Assembly (NCBI GenBank): GCA_050261115.1
Contig: JBLNCY010000043.1
Location: 1 to 42,433 of the forward strand
Length of the DNA stretch: 42,433 nt
Reading direction: 5' to 3'
From: Methanocella sp.
GTDB taxonomy: Archaea > Thermoproteota > Bathyarchaeia > Bathyarchaeales > Bathycorpusculaceae
How positions within the stretch are numbered: the first letter of the stretch is position 1; every line of letters starts with the position of its first letter. Of this stretch, positions 27,099 to 36,861 are shown piece after piece. Both the position numbers and the translations under genes were made by a program. The notes beneath the pieces were generated by a model. It searched no databases. It was not told the origin of the DNA and was given only the letters and a program-made list of their open reading frames with translations.

Positions 27099-27188
27099 GC
27101 AGCCAGAAGCAAGCTTGTCCAGCCTGAACTGGCACCTTGCTTCTTCAGACTGCAATGGTAGAGAGCCAACCATATAGGCGCTCCCTAC
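27099..27188 (-). ncRNA. Candidate structured RNA/5' leader (two hairpins)
   Basis: GUAGGGAGC/GCUCUCUAC stem; GCAGUC/GGCUGC, AGAAGCAAG/CUUGCUUCU and CCAG/CUGG nested stems; strand inferred from G-U pairs and the downstream ORF. Confidence 0.45.
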
Positions 27189-27407
27189 TTTTATACATTA
27201 CTTAAAAGCTATGGGTCAATGGAGTTATATGATTCTGTGTGCGAAGCTAAAATTAATTACAGCAACAGCAAACCACGCAACCTTAATTTCGCTATCCAAA
27301 ACCAGCTATGCAGACACCGCCAAATAGCCCTACGATAATCACCCTAAGACCATTATGTGCCCTACCGATTTCTGGACGTAGAAAAACAACCAAAACCAAA
27401 AGCTACC

Positions 27408-27938
27408 TCAGCTTTGACTAAACGCTTCTTCAAAAACAACTTCACGTGCAGGTCGTCGGCTTCTAGATGGCGGTGCCTCAGCCGGGTAACCTATAGGAAC
27501 CAAAGCCACGGGTCTCATGTAGGCAGGTGCGTTTATGACCCTTCTGACTTCTTCTTCACGGAAAGCACCCATCCAGCATCCGCCCAACCCCATGCTGCAA
27601 GCTGCCAAGAGAACGTTCTCCACTGCCGCCGAGGTATCCTGTATGCCGTAGAGGGTTTTGCCTCTTACACCATAGGCGTCTTCTGCGCGTTTCTCATCTA
27701 TGCACACCACAAACACAACAGCGGCTTCCTGTAACCAACTCTGCCCAAACGCTGTGGTTGCCAGCGCCTGCTTAGTCTGCTCACTTTTTGCAACTACAAA
27801 TGCCCAGGGCTGCGCGTTGCCAGCAGACGGCGCCAACCGTGCGGCGTCGATTAGCTGGTTTAACTGCTCAGGGCTAAGATCCTGTTTTTTGTAAGCTCGT
27901 ATACTTCGCCTGTTCTTGATTACATCAAAAAATTCCAT
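27408..27938 (-). CDS. Nitroreductase family protein
   Basis: RRSIRAY, APSAGNAQPW, GLGGCWMG, IGYP. Confidence 0.92.
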   Translation of the reverse strand: MEFFDVIKNRRSIRAYKKQDLSPEQLNQLIDAARLAPSAGNAQPWAFVVAKSEQTKQALATTAFGQSWLQEAAVVFVVCIDEKRAEDAYGVRGKTLYGIQDTSAAVENVLLAACSMGLGGCWMGAFREEEVRRVINAPAYMRPVALVPIGYPAEAPPSRSRRPAREVVFEEAFSQS

Positions 27939-28103
27939 GAATAGTACGCCTCAAGTAAAAATTCGATTAGGTGATAAAAACGGTTTCGCTTGCAGTGCGT
28001 AAGAGTCTTATGGTTTGGTGCTGTGTCTGTTTTTGGAATGATGTGCACTAGAGTCTGAGCTTACGCTGTGAGAAAGACTCGACGGGCGAACTGACCACCC
28101 ATC

Positions 28104-28418
28104 TTAACCTACATGTATGGTGTCAACGTCTTCTCCGTGAACTTCGCCATGCACCGAGCGCATATGCTTTAAGTGTACGGTGTGGAGATGTTTTTCTGCG
28201 GCGTCTTTTATTTCAAATGTTCGACCGCATTCTGGACACATGAACTCTCTATCCTGATTCTGCGTAATCTCGGTACTGTGACCTGCGGTATGTTTAGGTT
28301 CGCCAATAACAGACATAAGAAACCCTACGGTAGAGTTTGCAGGAAATTGTATTAACTTATGTGGCTGTAATCGAGTAGCTACAAACACCTTACTTGCCGC
28401 CTCATTTGGGTCCTGCAT
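28104..28418 (-). CDS. C2H2 zinc-finger, His-rich small protein (true start probably internal)
   Basis: FMCPECGRTF...AEKHLHTVH. Confidence 0.6.
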   Translation of the reverse strand: MQDPNEAASKVFVATRLQPHKLIQFPANSTVGFLMSVIGEPKHTAGHSTEITQNQDREFMCPECGRTFEIKDAAEKHLHTVHLKHMRSVHGEVHGEDVDTIHVG

Positions 28419-28500
28419 TGTTTGTTGCTAGCACAAGCGGAAAACTTATCAACCCTGTAGCTGTGAGAAACAAGCACAACATTCAATCGAGGTGAAACAA

Positions 28501-28773
28501 ATGGTTGAAATGAAAGTAAACGCTTCCGAGCTCAAAGGCGACTTAATCAACAAATTATCCGACTTCCTCAAAGACAAAACAAGCGGAGACGTCAGCACCG
28601 ACGGGAAAACAGTAATCGTCAAAGGCGAAGGCCCAGCAATAAGCAAAAAATACATTCGTATCACGGTCAAAAAGTTTCTGCATAAGCAAGATCTATCCGA
28701 AACCTTCAAGGTAATCGGTGAAGAGGAAGCACTCAAAATCAAAGAGCGCAAACTCTACGAAGAAGAGGAATAA
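28501..28773 (+). CDS. rpl22e: Ribosomal protein eL22 (L22e)-like
   Basis: GAGGTGA SD; DFLKDK, SKKYIRITVKKFLHKQDL..TFKVI and acidic tail resemble eukaryotic L22 SKRYLKYLTKKYLKK. Confidence 0.7.
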   Translation: MVEMKVNASELKGDLINKLSDFLKDKTSGDVSTDGKTVIVKGEGPAISKKYIRITVKKFLHKQDLSETFKVIGEEEALKIKERKLYEEEE

Positions 28774-28913
28774 TTCTCCTCTAACTTTAGCCAATTCTTT
28801 TCTGTAAAACACACTTTGTTTCCTGTCCAAGTTTTGAACAGGCTGTTCGTTGCCTTAGCATTAAATCGCAACCTGCCTATTGTATGCTTGTAAATGTGCG
28901 GTGAGGAAATGCT

Positions 28914-29099
28914 TTGAGCCACAAAACTCTAATTGTTGGCGGATTCGCTGTTTTTGTAACCATCATAGTTGTAACTGCGGTTTTGGCTACCTCCTATACT
29001 GCCCTATCGTCCCTTCAAGCCATAAACCCAGTTGCAGCCCTCACCGCCATTACAGTAGCCCTTATAGGCCTAGCATGGTTCAAGAAGACAGCAAGCTAA
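28914..29099 (+). CDS. Small two-TM membrane protein
   Basis: GTGAGG SD; two hydrophobic helices. Confidence 0.55.
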   Translation: MSHKTLIVGGFAVFVTIIVVTAVLATSYTALSSLQAINPVAALTAITVALIGLAWFKKTAS

Positions 29100-29176
29100 A
29101 GTCGAGCGCCTAGCACTAACTGATTTTTCATCTCTTGAAAGCGGTTTCGCTCAACTTATATACAAAGTCAACCCAC

Positions 29177-30145
29177 ATGAAAAACAAAAGGGCGAATTAC
29201 TTGACCGACTTCGTTACAATCCGTAACCTGACAAAGACATTCGGTAGTTTCAGAGCGTTAAATAACATATCTTTTGAGATTAGGGAAGGTGAAATCTTTG
29301 GTTACATCGGCCCTAACGGTGCAGGTAAAACAACCACGATGAAAATCCTTGTCGGCTTAATCAGCGATTTCCAAGGCGACGTAACAGTGGGCGGCTATGA
29401 GCTCTCAAAAAGCCGGGAAGAAATCCACAAGCTGCTAGGCTATTTACCCCAGTCCGTAGCCTTTCAAGAATGGCGCACCGTAAACCACGCGCTCAAAACG
29501 TTTGGGAAACTCTCAAGCTTAACAGACCAGCAGCTAGAAGAACGAATTCCCAATACGCTTGACCTAATCGGGTTAAGAGATGTTCGCCACAAAAAAATAT
29601 CCCAACTATCAGGCGGTATGATACAAAGGGTTGGACTAGCCCAGGCATTACTCCATGAACCCAAACTGCTAGTCCTTGATGAGCCCCTCGGCGGCTTAGA
29701 CCCCTTGAGCCGGCACCAATTCAAAGAGATCGTTGTGAACCTTGCCAAAAAGGGCACAACCATCCTGTTCTCATCCCATATCCTAAGTGACGTACAAGAC
29801 GTTGCTAACCGTATCGGCATCATAAACCGAGGATCCATTAAGAAAGTCGGAACCATAGGTGAGTTGAAAGAGAAATTTATCCAACAAATAACTGTGGAAG
29901 TTCTACTATCTGGCCCTAATGAGAATTGGCATCCGCTTGAAACCCTCAAGAATGCTTCAAGTGTCACTCAGCCGCAGCAGGGTATTGTCTTAGTTAATTT
30001 CGAGAAGAAAACAAGCGAGGAGCAGGCAGTTAACGACGTGGTGACTGCCGTGGCCAAATTCGGTATTCGAGTGCGGGGGATCTGGATACTTGAGCCGTCG
30101 CTTGATAAGATTTACTTTAACTATGTTTCGGAGGCTGAAAACTAG
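29177..30145 (+). CDS. ABC-2 type transporter ATP-binding subunit (start uncertain, 29135-29201)
   Basis: GPNGAGKTT, LSGGM, LVLDEP, SSH. Confidence 0.92.
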   Translation: MKNKRANYLTDFVTIRNLTKTFGSFRALNNISFEIREGEIFGYIGPNGAGKTTTMKILVGLISDFQGDVTVGGYELSKSREEIHKLLGYLPQSVAFQEWRTVNHALKTFGKLSSLTDQQLEERIPNTLDLIGLRDVRHKKISQLSGGMIQRVGLAQALLHEPKLLVLDEPLGGLDPLSRHQFKEIVVNLAKKGTTILFSSHILSDVQDVANRIGIINRGSIKKVGTIGELKEKFIQQITVEVLLSGPNENWHPLETLKNASSVTQPQQGIVLVNFEKKTSEEQAVNDVVTAVAKFGIRVRGIWILEPSLDKIYFNYVSEAEN

Positions 30146-30810
30146 TGCAACTGGGATTACTGTTTACTGACGAATTGAGAGGTTTCTATAAGTCTAAAGT
30201 AATGATTTTCCTCTGGATCGGATTACCCATAATCGCTTTACTGTTCCGTTTCACCACCGCAGGCAGCACAGGCCAGGAACTACCTTTCACCCTGATTTCA
30301 TCGCTGGTGGTATCAAGCATCGGCGGTACCCTATCAGCAGTTATGCTCGCGGTGTTCATAATCAATGAAAAGAACAGGCATGTCTACGACCTATTCCTGA
30401 TAAGACCCCTAAAACGCCGAGATATCCTGATAGCAAAATTCCTCTCAGTATACGCCTGCGTAGCAATAGCAAGCGCCATAGCAGTTCTCACTGGAGTGGC
30501 CGCCGACTTTGCTGGCACTGGCATGGTGCCCTCGACTGTTCTATCCGATGCTGGGCAATCCCTGGCAACTACTTTGTCGATGATAGCTGTGTCATGCGGC
30601 GCTGGCGTCTTGATTGGTGTAGCTTCACCCTCGGTTCTGGTGGGTGCGATTCTTGTGATTTACGGTGGCAATCAGATTTCAGTGATCCCGTTGCTTCCCA
30701 CGATCCTTGGACTGCCTGACGCTGCAGTCTTTACGGTTGTACTGGCTGTAGTTATAGCGGTGGCTTTACTTGGTGTGGCGATAGCAGTGTTTAATAAAAA
30801 ACAGTTCTAA
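30145..30810 (+). CDS. ABC-2 type transporter permease
   Basis: About six TMs; EK...RPLKRRDILIAKF. Confidence 0.85.
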   Translation: MQLGLLFTDELRGFYKSKVMIFLWIGLPIIALLFRFTTAGSTGQELPFTLISSLVVSSIGGTLSAVMLAVFIINEKNRHVYDLFLIRPLKRRDILIAKFLSVYACVAIASAIAVLTGVAADFAGTGMVPSTVLSDAGQSLATTLSMIAVSCGAGVLIGVASPSVLVGAILVIYGGNQISVIPLLPTILGLPDAAVFTVVLAVVIAVALLGVAIAVFNKKQF

Positions 30811-30969
30811 AAAGGGGCGACTAAACGACGGTAGACGGCAGAACAAGCTTGGACCGAATAGACATACCCATAGTTCATGGTAATGCTATTGATATGGGCT
30901 TAGCAAAGAACCTAAAAGATCAAGATAGTTGAATAAAACAAAAAATGAAAGTTGTTGGAAAAAGGTTGC

Positions 30970-31167
30970 TTACGCTTTGCCTTTTTCTTCTTTACCGAAG
31001 TACTGAGTCCATTTCAGCTTGCGTGCATCACGATGGAATGCTAAGCTGCTTTTCTTGCATTTGCTGGAATCAAACCAGAGGATTGAGCCGTCGTTCTTAA
31101 CGTACATCATGCCTGTGCCAGCTGGGAATTCAGCACCACAGAATGAACATTTTCTCGGTTTTGGCAT
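30970..31167 (-). CDS. rpl24e: 50S ribosomal protein L24e
   Basis: CSFCG...GTGMMYVKNDG...SSKC...RKLKWT. Confidence 0.95.
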   Translation of the reverse strand: MPKPRKCSFCGAEFPAGTGMMYVKNDGSILWFDSSKCKKSSLAFHRDARKLKWTQYFGKEEKGKA

Positions 31168-31184
31168 GACAAATCTCCTTCTGT

Positions 31185-31409
31185 TTATCTCGTGATTTTC
31201 TTTGCTTCTCGTTCAGTTTCTCGCAGCATCAGGATGTCTTGAACGCGGACTGGCCCTTTTACGTTGCGTGTAATGATTCTGCCTTTATCTTTGCCTTCCA
31301 TGATACGGACGCGGACCTGTGTGATTTCGCCCGTAACGCCTGTGCGACCGATGATTTGGATGACTTCGGCGGGAATTTGTTCTTGTGATGCTACTTCTTT
31401 GGAACTCAT
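31185..31409 (-). CDS. rps28e: 30S ribosomal protein S28e
   Basis: [15 protein letters not shown]...[19 protein letters not shown]. Confidence 0.97.
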   Translation of the reverse strand: MSSKEVASQEQIPAEVIQIIGRTGVTGEITQVRVRIMEGKDKGRIITRNVKGPVRVQDILMLRETEREAKKITR

Positions 31410-31789
31410 TACTGAGTGCCCCGTTTAACCTGATCGATTCGCGTCACGATTTCTTTAATTAAGCCTGCGGCTTCTCCTTCTCTTAGGATGCATGCTGCTG
31501 CGCATGGAACATCAATGCCGATTGATTTGCCGAGTTGTTCTTTGCTTGGGACAAAGACGTATGGGATTTTGCGTTCTTCACAGAGTAATGGTAGGTGTGC
31601 AATGACTTCTGGGGGATCAACGTCTTCTGCGATGACAACGAGTTTTGCTTGGCTACGTTCCACAGCCTTTGTGGCTTCGTTTGTTCCTTTCCTAACTGAT
31701 CCTGATTTTGATGCAATCGTTAGGGCTTCATAGGCTGCATCTACGAGTTCTTTGGGTACTTCATATTTTACATAGAATGGTTTAGACAT
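31409..31789 (-). CDS. rpl7ae: 50S ribosomal protein L7Ae
   Basis: [31 protein letters not shown]. Confidence 0.97.
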   Translation of the reverse strand: MSKPFYVKYEVPKELVDAAYEALTIASKSGSVRKGTNEATKAVERSQAKLVVIAEDVDPPEVIAHLPLLCEERKIPYVFVPSKEQLGKSIGIDVPCAAACILREGEAAGLIKEIVTRIDQVKRGTQ

Positions 31790-31954
31790 ATTTTCTTAGC
31801 CTCACCCTTGTTAAGGCACAGTCTTATCCAACTTTCGGGTTTAATAAGTTTTCTGCGCAAGAAGCCACACTTTCTCTTAGGGTATATAAGGTATCCAGAA
31901 ACGTTTAAATGCGCAGTCACGGCATTTAAGATGTTTTCGAGAGGGGAAAAGCGT

Positions 31955-32212
31955 TTGCAAAGACTGGGCAGAATTTCAAACATATCTCCTTCAGGAAACG
32001 CCATAATTAAAGCTGAAAATCCCCCGAAAATCGGCTCCGAAGTCGTCGACGAGAATCTCATTGTTATCGGTAAAGTTTTCGATGTAATAGGCCCGGTCTC
32101 CGCACCCTACGCCGTTGTTAAGCCAACCATTAAAGAACCAGCTAAACTGGTGAATAGGCCAGTATATCTGCTCCTCCCGAAAACGAAACGGAGCAGAAGA
32201 AATAATGAGTAG
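31955..32212 (+). CDS. gar1: H/ACA RNP component Gar1
   Basis: [20 protein letters not shown]; position upstream of TFB; start probably TTG 31955 or ATG 31931. Confidence 0.85.
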   Translation: MQRLGRISNISPSGNAIIKAENPPKIGSEVVDENLIVIGKVFDVIGPVSAPYAVVKPTIKEPAKLVNRPVYLLLPKTKRSRRNNE

Positions 32213-33173
32213 GGACATCAAGTTACATGTATCAGGAGACGATCAAACAGCGTCTCCAACGGAACCCAAAACTCGGGTTTGCCCTGAATGCGGAAGTAGC
32301 CGCCTTATGCATGATTCTGAAGCAGCCGAAGTTGTCTGTATGGACTGCGGCATTGTTGTCCAGCAAAAGATGACTGACCGCGGACCCGAATGGCGAGCTT
32401 TTGATGATGAGCAACGCTCTAAACGAACCCGCGTTGGTGCACCCCTAACTTACACTATCCATGATAAGGGCCTCTCTACAACCATCGACTGGCATGACCG
32501 AGACATCTATGGCAAGAGCCTTTCACCTGGCCAGAAAGCCCAAGTTTATCGTCTCCGTAAATGGCAACGGCGCATTCGCGTCTCCGATGCAACCGAGCGG
32601 AACCTGGCGTTTGCGCTCTCAGAGATCACAAAAATCTCCAATAACCTTAGTCTACCTAAAAATATCCTTGAAACCGCCTCAGTCATCTACCGCAAAGCCG
32701 TCAAAGAACGCCTCATACGAGGCAGATCAATTCAGGGCGTAACCTCTGCGGCGCTGTATTTGGCGTGTAGGCAATGTGGTTTGCCTCGTACCTTGGATGA
32801 GATTTCTCAGGCTTCCGCGGTTAACAAGAAGGAGGTTGGGCGCAGCTACCGATTCCTAATCCGCGAACTCAACTACTCCATACCACCCCTTCGGCCAAGC
32901 CAGTACATAACAAAGTTCTCCAACCAGCTAACCATGCAGGGTAAGGTTGAGGAGATTGCGCATAAAATTTTGGGCGCCGCTAAGGAACTCAAGCTTACCT
33001 CAGGCCGAGGCCCCACGGGCATTGCTGCGGCGGCAAGCTACATTGCGTCAGTGTTGACGGGTGAGCGGAAGACACAGCGTGAAATCGCAGAAATCGCCCA
33101 GGTCACCGAAGTCACCATTCGAAACCGCTACAAAGAACTCGTTGATCGGTTAATGTTTGAGATAAGCATCTAG
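32205..33173 (+). CDS. tfb: Transcription initiation factor IIB
   Basis: CPECG Zn ribbon, GPEWRAF, two cyclin repeats, [11 protein letters not shown]. Confidence 0.98.
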   Translation: MSRDIKLHVSGDDQTASPTEPKTRVCPECGSSRLMHDSEAAEVVCMDCGIVVQQKMTDRGPEWRAFDDEQRSKRTRVGAPLTYTIHDKGLSTTIDWHDRDIYGKSLSPGQKAQVYRLRKWQRRIRVSDATERNLAFALSEITKISNNLSLPKNILETASVIYRKAVKERLIRGRSIQGVTSAALYLACRQCGLPRTLDEISQASAVNKKEVGRSYRFLIRELNYSIPPLRPSQYITKFSNQLTMQGKVEEIAHKILGAAKELKLTSGRGPTGIAAAASYIASVLTGERKTQREIAEIAQVTEVTIRNRYKELVDRLMFEISI

Positions 33174-33207
33174 CTTGTTTGTCTAGCTAGTTTCGTCGTC
33201 TGGGCGC

Positions 33208-33546
33208 ATGGATATGGATGAACCCAAGAAGCGTCTAGCCTGAAACTCTAGTCTGATGCCGTCGCGCGGTTGAGGCTAGTGCGGGAGGGACTTGAGATGC
33301 TTGTAGCCAGCCTACATGAAATATTCAGGCACTATATGATGATCCTGATTTTCAGAACCGCTTTGAAGCATGCGTCGAAGTGCTCAGGAAAAAGCGGAAA
33401 ACCTAGAGGCAGAGGTAAAACAGTTACGCATCGATGTTGAAACAATCAAAGACTTATTGGATGATGAGAACAAGAAAAAAAGCAACCGCCAAAGCCTTAA
33501 CATTAAAAGAGTTATTTTTTTAAGCGCGACAGAGCATTGCATACAT
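33208..33546 (+). pseudogene. Possible multiply frameshifted coiled-coil gene remnant
   Basis: Protein-like segments in different frames (SDAVARLRLVREGLEML; LYDDPDFQNRFE; MRRSAQEKAENLEAEVKQLR). Confidence 0.35.
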
Positions 33547-34161
33547 ATGCCCTATAAGTTCACATTTGATTTATCGAAGGTGCCACGGTTTTTTTTCACA
33601 GAGTTGGCTACAATCAGCTACCAAAAGGGCATGCATAAAACCATCCTAAACCACACCTACGATTTGATTGTAAAGTTCAAGATTCAGGAAGCTACCGGGC
33701 TTAACTTAGCTGATGCGGTGGTTTTGCTCGAAGATCTCATTGACCTGCAGGCAATTAACCTTGCTGAGCGGAAAAGTTTTCTGGAGACTAAGAAGCGGGC
33801 GGTGTTTCTGCCGCATTGTAGCCGCAAATACATGGATTGCAGATGCAAAGCAACCTTTGAACCCAGCGTACCCACTTATGTATGCGCCGCTTGTTCAGAT
33901 GACTGCATAATAAACAAGGCGACTCAGCTTGCTAAAGGCAGGGGCTATGATGTTTACGTTGTCCCTGGCGGTTCATGTATCCCAAAGATTGTGAAGAACA
34001 GCAGCTACGAAGGCGTAGTGGGCGTCGCATGCGGGGAAGAGATGAAGCTGATGAATCACTTACTGCCCGCTATAGATGTCAGAGGCCAAGCGATTCCACT
34101 GATTAAGAACGGCTGTGCCAATACGCTTTTTAACATGGAAACCTTGGAGAAAGTTCTCTAA
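33547..34161 (+). CDS. DUF116 family protein
   Basis: FLPHCSR..C, C..C..DC, VVPGGS, GVACGEE, PL..NGC; start likely MPYKF. Confidence 0.8.
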   Translation: MPYKFTFDLSKVPRFFFTELATISYQKGMHKTILNHTYDLIVKFKIQEATGLNLADAVVLLEDLIDLQAINLAERKSFLETKKRAVFLPHCSRKYMDCRCKATFEPSVPTYVCAACSDDCIINKATQLAKGRGYDVYVVPGGSCIPKIVKNSSYEGVVGVACGEEMKLMNHLLPAIDVRGQAIPLIKNGCANTLFNMETLEKVL

Positions 34162-34170
34162 GAAGATAAG

Positions 34171-34326
34171 GTCTGTTGCTCTCACTGGGACCCCCTCCCT
34201 TATATAGACTCAGCAACCGCACAAAACAGAGGGCAGGTGTGGGTGTTGCTGCTTTCTTGGGGTGAGGCGTTGAGTGGCTGCCAGCAGGGTTAATGGTTAG
34301 CTACACAACTGTTCCAAATAGAAACT
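34171..34326 (+). repeat. 156-bp dispersed repeat, copy 2
   Basis: GTCTGTTGCTCTCACTGGG...TATATAGACTCAGCAACCGCA...GCTACACAA...AGAAACT. Confidence 0.85.
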
Positions 34327-34449
34327 TGCCAGCCATCAGACGAGTATCTACTGCCTGAATGCCCTATCGCGCATAGCAAGTTAGGCATATATCGGTTGAT
34401 GTTAGCAAACCTTATTATGGCAGTAGCAACCAAAGAAGGATAGATTTAC

Positions 34450-34728
34450 ATGCCAGCGAAGAAACCAGCCAAAAAATCCGCGCCTAAACCCAAAACAGCA
34501 TCCAAACCCAAAGCATCGACCAAAACAAAGCCAAAAACCACCTCAAAAGAGCCTAAAAAACAGAGATTCTTCCGAACAGGCGAAAAATGCCCCCAATCAG
34601 GCCTCTATACTCACCCCTGCACAGGCAAAAATGGCGAAAAAAACACTATCCCCCTCTCCAAAGCCGAAACCTTCCCGCCCTGCCGCGCCTGCGGCGCAGT
34701 AAAGTGGACCTTAGTAATGGCTGCATAA
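34450..34728 (+). CDS. Basic K/P/A-rich tail fused to a YjzC-like small zinc-ribbon domain
   Basis: MPAKKPAKKSAPKPK...; TGEKCPQSGLY...FPPCRACG..W. Confidence 0.7.
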   Translation: MPAKKPAKKSAPKPKTASKPKASTKTKPKTTSKEPKKQRFFRTGEKCPQSGLYTHPCTGKNGEKNTIPLSKAETFPPCRACGAVKWTLVMAA

Positions 34729-34968
34729 CACAATTCGAAACAAGCGCCATGGTAAGTATATCGTATAGATGGGTGCAGCCGCAAAAGTGAAGTTATCCAA
34801 GCCCAAAGAGAAGAATGATAGGACACTACAGGTAACGTTTCTTTCAACGAATAGAGGAAAAATTAGTTAATACGGGCTTTTGGCGCTTTAGAGGTGGATA
34901 GAAAGAAAGTAATTGGTTAATTCTGCAGTTTTAGCAGAAAGGGCTTCCCTGAAAAGAGTAGCTGGCGT

Positions 34969-36300
34969 TCATGGTGTTAGTCTTACTCTGTCTCTTGGAT
35001 AGAGAGTAACCTCGCGGATGTTCTTAATTCCTGTGAGCATCATTGTTAAGCGTTCTAAGCCGATTGCCCAGCCTGCGTGTGGGGGCATGCCGTAGTCGAA
35101 AGCTTGCAGGTGCATCTTGAAGGATTCGGGGTTGAGGCCCTTCTCCTTTAGGCGCTCGATGAGTTGGTTTTTGTCGCAGATGCGAGTGCCGCCTGAAGTG
35201 AGTTCGATGTAGTTCCACATGAGGTCAAAGCCCTCGCTAACTTCTGGGTTGTCGCTACGGGGTTTGATGTAGAAGGCTTTGGCGTGTGTGGGCCAATCGG
35301 TGACAAAGTAGAAGCCCTGATAGAGTTCGCCAAGCACGCGGAAGGCTTCGCTTGAGATGTCTTCGCCCCAAGGGATGTCGATGCCTTTTGCTTTGAGGTC
35401 CTCTAAGACTTGGGTGTAGGTTAAGCGTTTGAAGGGTAACTCGGGGACTTGAAGGTCATATTGGAGCAGGGCAAGTTCATTGGTGCATTGTTCTTTGACA
35501 GTTTTGAATGCGTTATGCACGACCTGTTCAAGCAACGCCATAACGTCATTGGCGTCTGCGAATGCCACTTCTACGTCGATGGAGGTAAATTCGCTTAAGT
35601 GGCGTCTTGTGTGGGACTCTTCTGCTCGGAAGAAGGGGCCGACTTCGAAGACTTTTTCGAAGCTCATGGTGAGTTCTTCTTTGTAGAGCTGCGGGCTCTG
35701 TGCAAGGTAGGCTTTTTGGTCAAAGTAGTCGATGCTGAAGAGTTCGGCGCCGCCTTCGGTTGCGGATGCAATGATGCGGGGGCTATGGGCTTCTAGGAAG
35801 CCTTGGTTGTAGAGGTAGTCGCGGATGGATTTGAGTGCGACATGCTGGACTTTAAAGATGGCTAAAGTTGACTCTAAGGTCAGGTCGAGTGGGCGTGCAT
35901 CGAGACGTACCTCAATGTTTGCGGGGGTCTTACCGGTGATATCTATGGGTAGCTGTTCTATGGCGGTGCTGAAAATCTTGATTGCGTTTGGGACGACTTC
36001 TACGCCGCGTTTTGTCTGGTTGGTTTTCTTTACGGTGCCCTTTAGGCCGAAGCTATACCGTTTCTGTAGCAGATCAGATTTAGCTAAAACTTCGGGGGCT
36101 ACTCGCTTTTTGGGTATGGTGATTTGGACGGTGCCTTCGCGGTCTTGCATTATGATGAAGCGTAATCCGCCGAGGTCGCGTACTTCTTGGACCCAGCCAA
36201 AAAGGGTGACTTCTTTGCCATCGAGGTCTGGAGTGACCTGTGAGGTATAGTGTGTTCTAACCCAGTCACCTATAGAGTCCAAGTCCATTCTGCATGCCAA
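34969..36300 (-). CDS. aspS: Aspartyl-tRNA synthetase (archaeal type, probably non-discriminating)
   Basis: GWVQEVRDLGG, ATEGG, LAQSPQLYK, FRAE, GMPPHAGWAIGLERL, YPRD. Confidence 0.96.
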   Translation of the reverse strand: MACRMDLDSIGDWVRTHYTSQVTPDLDGKEVTLFGWVQEVRDLGGLRFIIMQDREGTVQITIPKKRVAPEVLAKSDLLQKRYSFGLKGTVKKTNQTKRGVEVVPNAIKIFSTAIEQLPIDITGKTPANIEVRLDARPLDLTLESTLAIFKVQHVALKSIRDYLYNQGFLEAHSPRIIASATEGGAELFSIDYFDQKAYLAQSPQLYKEELTMSFEKVFEVGPFFRAEESHTRRHLSEFTSIDVEVAFADANDVMALLEQVVHNAFKTVKEQCTNELALLQYDLQVPELPFKRLTYTQVLEDLKAKGIDIPWGEDISSEAFRVLGELYQGFYFVTDWPTHAKAFYIKPRSDNPEVSEGFDLMWNYIELTSGGTRICDKNQLIERLKEKGLNPESFKMHLQAFDYGMPPHAGWAIGLERLTMMLTGIKNIREVTLYPRDRVRLTP

Positions 36301-36305
36301 CCTTG

Positions 36306-36815
36306 TTAGTCCGCAATTTCAACGCGTAAAGACATTTTACGTACTTTAGACGCGATTTCTTTGAGGGCTTTTAGGTCCATTGGCAGTTGTGCGCCGCGTT
36401 TGCGTTTGAGGATGACTCGTGTTTCGGTGGTTCCGTCGGGGAGCCAGATGGTGTTGATGGTTAAGATGCTGAATGGTACGAAGAGGTCTTCGAGGAATTT
36501 GCGATCATCCACACCATATTCGAGTACGCGGACGTTCTTTTTGGTTTCGTCGCCAATAGCTTTGACGATTTTGCCGCCGTAACCTAAAAGTTTAGGGACA
36601 TCTCCGTGCCCTACGAGGATGGCTAACGTCTTTTCGACGTCGACTGCTTTGTAGAAGCAGACGTTTTGCAGGGAAGGATACTTCTCTTCTAAGTTGAGCA
36701 GCAAGCGAGCTACTTTCAAGTCCATGTCGCTGATTTCGCCAGCTTTGACTTTAGCTGAACACTTTTGGCATAGTATGCCGCTTTTGAGGCAGAAACTGCA
36801 TAGTTCGGTTTTCAT
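36306..36815 (-). CDS. Archaeal NusA-like KH-domain protein
   Basis: CSFCLKSGILCQKC N-terminus; LLGYGGKIVK KH loop; NTIWLPDG. Confidence 0.8.
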   Translation of the reverse strand: MKTELCSFCLKSGILCQKCSAKVKAGEISDMDLKVARLLLNLEEKYPSLQNVCFYKAVDVEKTLAILVGHGDVPKLLGYGGKIVKAIGDETKKNVRVLEYGVDDRKFLEDLFVPFSILTINTIWLPDGTTETRVILKRKRGAQLPMDLKALKEIASKVRKMSLRVEIAD

Positions 36816-36861
36816 TGAGAGTCAGTATTCCTGCAAATAAGGAGCGCTGCGTTTCGGGTGA

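Noticed and set aside
31790-31850. K-turn autoregulatory element in the L7Ae leader
   Set aside because: A small CCTT-AAC-AAGG hairpin is present, but I could not place the tandem G-A pairs with confidence.
33370-33546. Coiled-coil/DUF116 fusion protein
   Set aside because: More simply explained as in-frame run-on of a decayed upstream gene through an AT-rich promoter-like stretch; DUF116 likely starts at 33547.
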